Of a stretch of 39,257 bases of DNA, positions 22,002-29,938 are shown in pieces. Position numbers and translations under genes: made by a program. The first letter of the stretch is position 1, and the number at the start of each line of letters is the position of its first letter. The DNA comes from Acidobacteriota bacterium (GTDB taxonomy: Bacteria; Acidobacteriota; Thermoanaerobaculia; Gp7-AA8): contig JAFAVZ010000214.1 in assembly GCA_019242175.1 (NCBI GenBank), forward strand, positions 1 to 39,257. The letters are read 5' to 3'. The notes below the pieces were generated by a model. That model made no database searches. It had not been told where the DNA came from and saw only the letters and a program-made list of their open reading frames with translations.

Positions 22002-23542
22002 GACTGAGCGGGCTCCTGAATCAGATCGGTAGCGGGGCGCGCGGCGCGGCGAAGAATCGGCGCGGCGGTGAAAGCGACGGCGATGAGCTGGACGAGAAAT
22101 CCGAGAAAGAGCCGCAGACGGCCGTCGGTCGCGAGCGGACCCATGAACGGCAGGACGAGGGAGAGGGGGATGTAGAGCAGGAGGCACGTGAGGGCGGGCT
22201 TCATCCCGCCCTGGGACCGGCTGAAGCCGGTCCCCACGTTTTCTCGCCAGTACTGCGGCATCACGAGGCTCCACAGCCAGAGCACCGGCGGCAGCGCGTA
22301 GGTATCGGGCACGAAGGGGCTGCGCAGCGCGGCGAGGGCGATGAGCGCGATCCAGAGCTGGGCCTGCGTCAGGCGGTCTTCGCGGCCGATGCGCAGGCCG
22401 ACGACGACCGCGATCCCAAGCACGATCAGGCTGTAGACGAGCGAGACCTTCTGCACGGCGTCGTGCATCGCGAAGGCGACGCCGAGGTCGTGGAGCTTGA
22501 GGGCGAGGCCGGGGATGCCCTGATTGATGGCGACGACCTGGTGGATGATGGGGATGTCGAGCTCCATGAAGCTCCACGCCTCCCCTTTCGTGATGCGGGG
22601 CAACCCGTAGCTGAGGAACTGGCGCAACGGATTCGTGCCCATCCAAAGGACGGAGACCGCGGTGTAGAACGCGCTGAAGCCGCACGTCCAGATCACCGCG
22701 CGCCATCGTTTCTGCAGCACGAGCGGGACGAGGACGATGCCGGGGAAAATCTTGAAGACGGCGAAGCCGAGGAGCGCGCCGCCGGCGGCGTTGCGTCCGC
22801 GGGCGAAGCTCACCAGCGCGATCATCGTCATCGCGATCGCCGCGAGCTGGAAGTTGCCGATCTGCAGCGTCAGGAGGATCGGCGTCGCCAGCGCCAACGC
22901 CGGCGTGAGGAAGAGCGCGCGTTTGCCTTCCTCGCCGCCGACCCACTTCGCCACGATCACCACCGCGGCGCCGAACGTCGCGGCTTCGAGCGCGAACCAC
23001 GCGGTGCGCAGCGTCATGAACCCCTTCGTGAACGCCAGCCCGATGCGCGGCAGAAGCATGAAGGACGACGGATAGAGGAACTCGTCCATCGTGAAACGGC
23101 CGAGGAAGCTCTGGTAGAGATCCGTGTCGTAGAGCTCCGACTGGTAGGGATTCGGCGCGCCTTCCATCGCCAGCTTCGCCGAGAGGTACAGCGAGGAGAA
23201 GCAGCTGTGGCGGATGTAGAAGGGATCGAACCAGAGCACCGAGAGCTCGGCGTGGCTCGAGTCCATCATGAACCAGGCGAGTCCCCACAAACGGACGGCG
23301 GCCAGGACGCCGACGACGAGGAACGCGACGCGTGCGGGCGTTCCGACTTCGGGCAATGGCAACGCCGCGGCGATGCGGTCACGCGCGGCGTAGAAGCCCG
23401 CGCACACGACGAGCGCCGCGACGGCGAGCGCCGCGAGAGGGACGAGCCCGAGAGCGGAGAGCGCGGCTGCGGCGACGGGAATCGCTAGCAGCGCGCTCAC
23501 AACAAGGAGATAAGAATCGTGAGTCCGGATCACGCTTAACAC
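21998..23542 (-). CDS. GT87/DUF2029-like GT-C membrane glycosyltransferase
   Basis: Multi-TM protein of about 514 aa with DEFLYPSSF, LQIGNFQ and FKIFPG motifs typical of GT87. An alternative GTG start at 23533 has an AAGGTG RBS. Confidence 0.72.
   Translation of the reverse strand: MLSVIRTHDSYLLVVSALLAIPVAAAALSALGLVPLAALAVAALVVCAGFYAARDRIAAALPLPEVGTPARVAFLVVGVLAAVRLWGLAWFMMDSSHAELSVLWFDPFYIRHSCFSSLYLSAKLAMEGAPNPYQSELYDTDLYQSFLGRFTMDEFLYPSSFMLLPRIGLAFTKGFMTLRTAWFALEAATFGAAVVIVAKWVGGEEGKRALFLTPALALATPILLTLQIGNFQLAAIAMTMIALVSFARGRNAAGGALLGFAVFKIFPGIVLVPLVLQKRWRAVIWTCGFSAFYTAVSVLWMGTNPLRQFLSYGLPRITKGEAWSFMELDIPIIHQVVAINQGIPGLALKLHDLGVAFAMHDAVQKVSLVYSLIVLGIAVVVGLRIGREDRLTQAQLWIALIALAALRSPFVPDTYALPPVLWLWSLVMPQYWRENVGTGFSRSQGGMKPALTCLLLYIPLSLVLPFMGPLATDGRLRLFLGFLVQLIAVAFTAAPILRRAARPATDLIQEPAQS
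22186..22239. repeat. GTGG-family REP doublet in frame in GT87 gene
   Basis: 54 bp ACGTG...CACGT. Shares GGGACCGGCTGAAGCCGGTCCCCACGTTTTC with the NRPS1 insert, so both proteins contain ENVGTGFSRS. Confidence 0.88.
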
Positions 23543-23604
23543 CTTTTTGCAAGGGGTTGCTGGGAAATGTCCGGTGAACCTTCTGTTTCAGGACTGAGCG
23601 GCGG

Positions 23605-23633
23605 ATATTAGAAGGAAAAGCGGAGACGCGCAA
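23605..23633 (-). promoter_or_regulatory. Putative sigma70 promoter of the NRPS operon
   Basis: Minus strand TTGCGC (23633-23628), 17 nt, TAATAT (23610-23605), in the AT-richer divergent intergenic region. Confidence 0.55.
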
Positions 23634-23723
23634 TAGTGTCTTTCCTTGCCTCCACCGTTGCACGTGGGCGTCAGGACGGAGGCACGCATCGCCATACGCG
23701 GCCGAAAAGGTACGATGCGCGCG

Positions 23724-24290
23724 ATGCAGGAAGACGTCATGGTCGTTCCCCGCGCCGACCTCCCGATGCTCGACGAGCACCGCGCGGATCTCATCGTCGG
23801 CGACGCCGAGGCGATCCTCGAGTCGATCGCCACGAAACACCTGTTTCTCCCTCGCCCCGAAGCGGAGAAGTCGCCTGCTTTCAAGCAGATCATTCCGTAT
23901 GTGGTGATCCGCTCCGGCGGCCATTACTTCCTCTTGCGGCGCACGCCGAAGCAGTCCGAAACGCGCCTCCACGACAAGCTGTCGCTGGGCATCGGAGGGC
24001 ACATCAATCCCGGCCACGACCTCCTCGCCGGGCTGCGCAAGGAGCTGTTCGAGGAGGTCGAGATCGACGACGATTTCGAGCTGACGTTCGCCGGCATCCT
24101 GAACGACGATTCGACCGAGGTCGGGCAGGTGCATCTGGGCGCCGTCTACATCCTGGAGACTTCGCGCAACGTGCGCGTGCTGGAAACGGAGAAGATGTCC
24201 GGCTCCTGGGTCACGCGCGAGGCGCTCGCTCCGCTGCGCGAGGCGATGGAGACGTGGTCGCAGATCGTCTATGACCGGCTCATTGCTTAA
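23724..24290 (+). CDS. NUDIX-superfamily hydrolase (phosphoesterase-like)
   Basis: KQIIPYVVI, SLGIGGHIN, GLRKELFEEV (Nudix box) and VGQVHLG. Start is 23724 or 23715. Confidence 0.8.
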   Translation: MQEDVMVVPRADLPMLDEHRADLIVGDAEAILESIATKHLFLPRPEAEKSPAFKQIIPYVVIRSGGHYFLLRRTPKQSETRLHDKLSLGIGGHINPGHDLLAGLRKELFEEVEIDDDFELTFAGILNDDSTEVGQVHLGAVYILETSRNVRVLETEKMSGSWVTREALAPLREAMETWSQIVYDRLIA

Positions 24291-25122
24291 AGCGACCGCG
24301 GTCGCGTTGCAGGTGTTGCTCCTCGGCACGGGCTATCCACGCCCGGATCCGAACCGCGCCGGCCCGTCGACGGCGATCGTGGCCGGCGACCGCTGGTTCG
24401 TGGTCGACGCCGGCCGCGGCGCGACGCTGCGCATCGCGGCGACGGATCTCGAGTACAAGAACCTGCGTGCGGTCTTCCTGACGCACTTCCACTCCGACCA
24501 CACCGCCGGCCTCCCCGACGTCTTCGACACGTCGTGGCAGTTCGGGCGCAAGGCGACGCCCCTCCAGCTCTACGGCCCTTCCGGCACGAAGCGCCTCGCG
24601 GACGCGATGCTGCAGTTCTTCGCCGACGACATCCACTACCGCCGCGATCTGCTGGAGAAGCACCCCGCCGCCGGCGCGCGCATCGAGACGCACGTCGTCA
24701 AGGAAGGCGTGGTGTACGACGACGGGACGGTGCGCGTGATCGCGTTTCCCGTCGATCACGCACCGGTCGTCCCGGCGTTCGGCTATCGCTTCGAGTCGAA
24801 GGGCGAGGTGGTCGTCGTCTCCGGCGACACGCGGCCGTGCGCGTCTCTGCTGAAGTACGTGAAGGGCGCGGACGTTCTGGTGCAGGAGGCTTATCTGCCG
24901 GAGTGGTTCGACAAGGTCGACACGCCGGAAGTCGCCGCGCGGCTGAAGCACTATCACACGAGCGCCGAGGAGGCGGGCGAGGTCGCCGCGGCGGCCGGCG
25001 TGAAGACGCTCGTGCTGACGCATCTGATCCCGGGCAACGACGAGGGGGTGTTCCGCGAACGCGCCGCGCGCAAGTTTCACGGAACGATCGTCGTCGGGCG
25101 CGATCTGCTTCGCGTGCCCTGA
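24271..25122 (+). CDS. MBL-fold metallohydrolase (RNase Z/AtsA-like)
   Basis: LLGTG, VDAG, THFHSDH (HxHxDH), SGDT, HTSAEEAG and LTHL motifs. Start uncertain. Confidence 0.85.
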   Translation: MTGSLLKATAVALQVLLLGTGYPRPDPNRAGPSTAIVAGDRWFVVDAGRGATLRIAATDLEYKNLRAVFLTHFHSDHTAGLPDVFDTSWQFGRKATPLQLYGPSGTKRLADAMLQFFADDIHYRRDLLEKHPAAGARIETHVVKEGVVYDDGTVRVIAFPVDHAPVVPAFGYRFESKGEVVVVSGDTRPCASLLKYVKGADVLVQEAYLPEWFDKVDTPEVAARLKHYHTSAEEAGEVAAAAGVKTLVLTHLIPGNDEGVFRERAARKFHGTIVVGRDLLRVP

Positions 25123-25167
25123 GGACTGACACGATGTGACGATCATCGAGCGATTGAGGCGGCCCTG

Positions 25168-25869
25168 ATGTTTAGCTTCGGCGCGAAACCGCAATGTCCC
25201 TGCTACCCGCTCGCGAAGGAGTGGGTCGAGCAGCGCCTCGGCTGGATTCGCGGGCAATTCGGCACGACGATCTTCGACGATCGCCCGCTCGTGTTCCCGA
25301 CTGACGACTTCTTCCCTGACGACTACGACGGGACGGATGACGCAGCGCGCGCCGTCCTGCGCCGCGTGGCCAATCTGATGGACGTGCCTTCGGACCGCGT
25401 CGCCCTGCGCATCGACGACGCCGGCTTCCCCACCGACTTCGGGAAACGATGGACGATCACGATCGACCGCCGCGAGCTCGGGAGGCCGCACCGCCTCATC
25501 ACGATCTTCGCCTCCGAGCTCGCCCAGGGCCGCCTGTTCGTCGAGGATCGCGCGGACGATGCCTTCGACGCCGACCTCCTCACGGACCTCACCGCCTCGG
25601 CCCTCGGCTTCGCTCTTTTTCTCGCCAACGCGGCGCAGTCACTCGAAAGCTCTTCGTTCTGGCCCGGCACGCGGCTGTCGCGGCCCGCGTCGATGACGCC
25701 GCCGATGTTCGGCTGGATGCTCGCCCACCTCGCCTGGTTCGAAAACGATCCGAAGCCGGGCTGGGAAAAGTACCTCGGCAACACCAGCAAGACGGATTTC
25801 CGCGAGGGCGTGCGCTATCTGTTCGCGACGGGGGATACGACGTTCCGCCCGCGGGCGGTGTCATCCTGA
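25168..25869 (+). CDS. Hypothetical protein
   Basis: 233 aa with protein-like composition and GAGG RBS. Its stop TGA lies inside the TGTCATCCTGA end of the downstream repeat. Confidence 0.65.
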   Translation: MFSFGAKPQCPCYPLAKEWVEQRLGWIRGQFGTTIFDDRPLVFPTDDFFPDDYDGTDDAARAVLRRVANLMDVPSDRVALRIDDAGFPTDFGKRWTITIDRRELGRPHRLITIFASELAQGRLFVEDRADDAFDADLLTDLTASALGFALFLANAAQSLESSSFWPGTRLSRPASMTPPMFGWMLAHLAWFENDPKPGWEKYLGNTSKTDFREGVRYLFATGDTTFRPRAVSS

Positions 25870-26016
25870 GCCCCGCAGAGAGCGAAGGATCTCCCAGCCT
25901 GGACGCCGATCGCCATATCAGGAGATCCTCCCCGTCTCCGCGGGTCAGGATGACACTCGGCGCACGCTCCGCCTGAAGGTACGGATTCTTCGCCGTCTGC
26001 GCGGCTCAGAATGACA
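25859..26016. repeat. TGTC-family doublet plus half element between convergent genes
   Basis: Doublet at 25859-25955. 25971-26016 is the reverse complement of the array arm starting at 27098. Could act as a bidirectional terminator or stabiliser. Confidence 0.88.
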
Positions 26017-26017
26017 C

Positions 26018-26698
26018 CTAGCTCGGCCGAAATACGAACGAGTCGCCCATCAACGGGCCCTCGCTCTTCGCGCGGTTGACCTCCGTCCACCCGCACCTCT
26101 CCACGAGCGCGGTCAGGAACGCTGGGTTGTAGAAGCAGAAGCCGCCGTTGCGTTGCGGGCTGCGATCCTCGAACGACTCGATCGCCTCATCGAGGAAGCA
26201 CGTGAAGAAGAGATGGCCGTTCGGCGCCACATAGCGGCGCAGCAGGCGGAAGATGCTCGCTGCATCGTCGGGGTTCTGATGAGTGATGACGGAGAACATC
26301 GAGACGACGTCGAACGCCCCCTCGGCGAACGGCAGCCGCGTCGAGTCGCCGAGCGGGATGCCGTCCGGGTTGTACAAAGGATGGCGCGCGTTGAGGAACG
26401 CGAACGAGAAGCGCGGATCGCGTACCGATCGTTGCAGAAACTCGATCATCTCCCGGTAGTTGTCGACGCCTGCGTACTCGCGGATCGGCAACCGCCGATT
26501 GACGATCGCCTGCGTGAAGCGAACGCCGCAGCCGAAGTCGAGCAGGCGGACATCCGCATACGACGCGAACCCGATGCGGTCTCGCATCCGGTCGAGCAGC
26601 AGACGTCCGCTGTCCTCCGCGGGCATGAGCGCGCTCACGCGCGCGGAGTTGCGATTGAACTGCTCCGGAACACGCAGCTTTCGGCGGAAAAACAGCAA
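26018..26698 (-). CDS. Class I SAM-dependent methyltransferase
   Basis: LLDFGCG, YAGVD, LPFAEGAFDVV, SVITH and PNGHLFFT. TTG start uncertain. Confidence 0.85.
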   Translation of the reverse strand: MLFFRRKLRVPEQFNRNSARVSALMPAEDSGRLLLDRMRDRIGFASYADVRLLDFGCGVRFTQAIVNRRLPIREYAGVDNYREMIEFLQRSVRDPRFSFAFLNARHPLYNPDGIPLGDSTRLPFAEGAFDVVSMFSVITHQNPDDAASIFRLLRRYVAPNGHLFFTCFLDEAIESFEDRSPQRNGGFCFYNPAFLTALVERCGWTEVNRAKSEGPLMGDSFVFRPS

Positions 26699-26710
26699 AC
26701 GCCGCCGATG

Positions 26711-26941
26711 CTACTCGATCTCGCCGGTATCAACTGTCGGGCGCTGTTCCTCGTGCAAGCCCTCGCCGTACGTGCCGCCGCCGGTCGTGCCGAACACGCC
26801 GACCTCCCCTTCCCGCCGCCCATACGCGCCGCCGCGATGCGCAGCCTCGTCGTAGCCCTCGTTCGTCGGATCGTCCTTCTCATGCGGCGGCGTCGAGCCC
26901 TCGGCGTCGTAGTCGATGTCGTCCTTTTCGTTCGTAGCCAT
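26711..26941 (-). CDS. Small acidic/Gly-rich hypothetical protein (76 aa)
   Basis: ATG start, GC3-rich codons, D/E/G-rich sequence, fills the gap between genes. Confidence 0.6.
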   Translation of the reverse strand: MATNEKDDIDYDAEGSTPPHEKDDPTNEGYDEAAHRGGAYGRREGEVGVFGTTGGGTYGEGLHEEQRPTVDTGEIE

Positions 26942-26954
26942 ACGGCGGAACTAA

Positions 26955-26968
26955 GCGCGAAGCGTGCC
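26955..26968 (-). promoter_or_regulatory. Possible sigma54 (-24/-12) promoter of the small protein
   Basis: Minus strand GG-CACGCTTCGC-GC (GGCACG, GG-N10-GC), with 13 nt from GC to the ATG. The -12 lacks the consensus TT. Confidence 0.4.
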
Positions 26969-26987
26969 TAGCGGCAATGGTGGTGCG

Positions 26988-27797
26988 TGTCATCCTGAGC
27001 CGCGCAGACGGCGAAGGATCTCCTGATGCGGGCGGAAAGCGCACGTGCCGGGAGATCCTTCGCTGCGCTCAGGATGACAGCGGGAAGCCGCACGCCGTGT
27101 CATTCTGAGCCGCGCAGACGGCGAAGAATCCGTACCTTCAGGCGCTGCGCGAGATCGGTACGGATCCTTCACAGTCTTCGCTGTTCAGGATGACACCGCG
27201 ACGGAGGCGACTAGCGAGCTGCTCTGTCATCCTGAGCCCCGAAGAGGGCGAAGGATCTCCTAATGCGGGCGGAAAGCGCACGTGCCGGGAGATCCTTCGC
27301 TGCGCTCAGGATGACAGGGGGAAGCCGCACGCCGTGTCCTTCTGAGCCGCGCAGATGGCGAAGAATCCGTACCTTCAGGCGCTGCGCGAGATCGGTACGG
27401 CTCCTTCACAGTCTTCGCTGTTCAGAAGGACACCACGATGGAGCCGAGTAGCGAGCTGCTCTGTCATCCTGAGCCCCGCAGAGGGCGAAGGATCTCCTGA
27501 TGCGGGCGGAAAGCGCACGTGCCGGGAGATCCTTCGCTGCGCTCGGGATGACAGGGGGAAGCCGCACGCCGTGTCATTCTGAGCCGCGCAGATGGCGAAG
27601 GATCCGTACCTTCAGGCGCAGTGCGAGATCGGTACGGATCCTTCACAGTCTTCGCTGTTCAGGATGACACCGCGACGGAGGCGAGTAGCGAGCTGCTCTG
27701 TCATCCTGAGCCCCGCAGAGGGCGAAGGATCTCCTGATGCGGGCGGAAAGCGCACGTGCCGGGAGACCCTTCACAGTCTTCGCTGTTCAGGATGACA
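26988..27797. repeat. BIME-like tandem array of TGTC-tagged palindromic doublets, period 237 bp
   Basis: Units start at 26988, 27225, 27462 and 27699. Each unit is doublet X, linker, doublet Y, linker. 7 doublets in total, the last an X/Y chimera. Confidence 0.95.
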
Positions 27798-27801
27798 CCG
27801 C

Positions 27802-29805
27802 CTAAGGCGTGCGCCGCCGCCACGTCTCGGCGAGCTGCTTGTCGCCGAGCTCGCTGAACGTCTTCACCGCGATGGCGAAGCTCGACTTCTGCGGATTCGC
27901 CACCACGAGCCTCTCCATCGTCCGCTCCGCCTCGGCGCGCCGCCCGGTCAACAGATACAGCACGGCGAGATTCGCGTACGCCTGGCGGTCATCGGGATAG
28001 TGCTGGATCTCCGATTCGAATGCGGCGATCGCCTGCGGCACCTGCTCGCGCCGCGCGAAAAGATCGCCGCGAGCGAAGTCGAGATTCGGCGTCGACGGAG
28101 GTAACGAATTGATGATCGACTCGGCGTTCGCGAAGTCACCCTTCAACGTCGCGGCGCGGGCGAGGATCAGCCGCGCGCCGTTCGGATTCGTCTTCATCGC
28201 CAGCTCCGCATGCGCGATCGCCTCGTCCGCGCGGCCGAGCTGCAGCGAGTCGGCGGCGATGAGCAGAGCCGCGTCGGCGGCCATCGACGGCGCGAGCTGC
28301 ACCGCGCGTTGCCGCGCCTCGATCGCCTCCACATACTTTCCGTGCTGCTCCAGCGTCTTCGCCAATAGCGTCCACGCGTCGGTGAACTTCGGATTGCGCT
28401 GCAGCACGCCGCGATAGACGTCGATCGCCTCGTCGAGCTTCCCCTTCGCCGCGAGATCGCCGCCCTGCCGCAGCACGCCGACGTCGGCAATGCCGTCCTT
28501 CGGATCGGGCAACGGCCCGTCGGAAGGCGACGTCGAAGCGCTGAGGTATCCGAGCGCGGCGAGCTTCTTCGCCTCCTCCGGATCGATCGGCGCCGGCGCG
28601 GGAAGCGTCCGGCTGATCGGCTCCAGCTCCGCGCGCATCGCCGCCGCGACGCGTCGGTTGTCCGGCAGGACGTTCGCCTTCTCCGCCGGCTCCGTAATCG
28701 CGTAGAGCTCCGCGCGCGGCGCATCGATGTAATGGAACTGATCGTCGACGAGTGAGCGCAGCTCGGACCATCCGAGGTGGATGCGCGGGTAGAAGGTCTC
28801 GGAGTAGATGCGCCGCGACTTCGGCGCATCGAGCAGCGAATGACCTTTCGCGCCGGCGACCTCGACCCCCGTCACGGCGGCGATCGTCGGCGCGACGTCG
28901 ATCAACTGCACGGGCGACTCGACGGTCTCGCCGCGGCGCGCGCCCTTCGGCAGCTTCACCATCAACGGCACGTGCAGGTCCTCCATGTAGAGAAAGATGC
29001 CGTGCTCGTCTTCGCCGTGGTCGCCAAGGCCTTCGCCGTGGTCGGAGAGGAGGATGATGAGCGCGCGGTCGTAGAGGCCGCTCTTCTTCAGCGAGTCGAG
29101 GAATCGGCCGACGACCGCGTCGGCGGCGGCGATCTCCCCGTCGTAAGGCTTCGAGGCGTACTGCGTCTTGAACGGCTCCGGCGCGTCGTACGGCGCGTGC
29201 GGCTCGAACAGATGGAGGAAGTAGAAGAATGGTTGCGACGCGTGCTCGCCGATCCACTGCTCCGCGAGCTGTTCCGTTTCAGGGCCGGGTCGCGCGAGGC
29301 GTCCCTGCGCGACGCCCGAGACCGCGGCGATCTTGTCGTCGTAGGCGTCGAAGGCGGCGGAGAGGCCCGTGTTGCCGCGCAGGACGTACGCCGAGACCGC
29401 GGCGCCGGTCGCGTAGCCGCGCGCCTTCAAAAGCGACGAGATCGCGGGATGCTGCGCCGCGTCGTAATGGAAACCGATGTTGTTGCGCACGCCGTTGTCG
29501 TACGGCAGCTGCCCGGTCAGCAGCGAGACGTGCGACGGCAGCGTGAGCGGCACGTGCGCATACGCGTGGCGGAAGAGGATCGAATCGGCCCGCAGCGCGT
29601 CGAGGTGCGGCGTCTGCACGCCGGTGTAGCCGTACGCCGGCAGATGATCGGCGCGCAGCGTGTCGATGGAGATCAGGATGACGGGCGGCTGGTCGCCGGT
29701 CGCGCGCGTTTCGCGTTTTCCGCACGCCGCGAGGAGAAGAAAAAGGAGGATGAGAGAGCGGCGCAAGAGCGGTACGGATCCTTCGGCGTCTTCGCGCCTT
29801 CTCAT
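27802..29805 (-). CDS. Sulfatase-like (alkaline phosphatase superfamily) hydrolase/transferase with TPR repeats, lipoprotein
   Basis: Lipobox LAAC, ISIDTLRADH, HVPLTLPSH..LLTG, HLFEPHAPY, SDHGE, and C-terminal TPRs. Start uncertain (ATG 29805 lies in a repeat remnant). Confidence 0.85.
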   Translation of the reverse strand: MRRREDAEGSVPLLRRSLILLFLLLAACGKRETRATGDQPPVILISIDTLRADHLPAYGYTGVQTPHLDALRADSILFRHAYAHVPLTLPSHVSLLTGQLPYDNGVRNNIGFHYDAAQHPAISSLLKARGYATGAAVSAYVLRGNTGLSAAFDAYDDKIAAVSGVAQGRLARPGPETEQLAEQWIGEHASQPFFYFLHLFEPHAPYDAPEPFKTQYASKPYDGEIAAADAVVGRFLDSLKKSGLYDRALIILLSDHGEGLGDHGEDEHGIFLYMEDLHVPLMVKLPKGARRGETVESPVQLIDVAPTIAAVTGVEVAGAKGHSLLDAPKSRRIYSETFYPRIHLGWSELRSLVDDQFHYIDAPRAELYAITEPAEKANVLPDNRRVAAAMRAELEPISRTLPAPAPIDPEEAKKLAALGYLSASTSPSDGPLPDPKDGIADVGVLRQGGDLAAKGKLDEAIDVYRGVLQRNPKFTDAWTLLAKTLEQHGKYVEAIEARQRAVQLAPSMAADAALLIAADSLQLGRADEAIAHAELAMKTNPNGARLILARAATLKGDFANAESIINSLPPSTPNLDFARGDLFARREQVPQAIAAFESEIQHYPDDRQAYANLAVLYLLTGRRAEAERTMERLVVANPQKSSFAIAVKTFSELGDKQLAETWRRRTP

Positions 29806-29907
29806 GACATCGTCAGATGTCCACCTTCACCAAGGCCGGCGAGGACGCGAAACTTTGTGAAGGCTTGGCCAACAAGCGCAGCGGGCCGTGCCCGCCTCAG
29901 GATGACA
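29771..29907. repeat. Composite degenerate TGTC-family repeats at sulfatase 5' end / divergent intergenic region
   Basis: GGTACGGATCCTTCGGCGTCTTCGCG...ATGACA arm at 29771-29809. 29857-29907 matches 11656-11706. Confidence 0.8.
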
Positions 29908-29938
29908 CACGGAGGGCACGTTTCATAATGCGGCGCTC

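Noticed and set aside
26990-27795. Small ORFs of 60-75 aa within the array
   Set aside because: These are translations of the repeat units (CHPERSEGS, VILS..EGS) with no independent coding evidence.
26988-27797. Possible CRISPR array
   Set aside because: Spacers are repeated rather than unique, repeats alternate in orientation, and no cas genes are in the window. It is a REP/BIME-like array.
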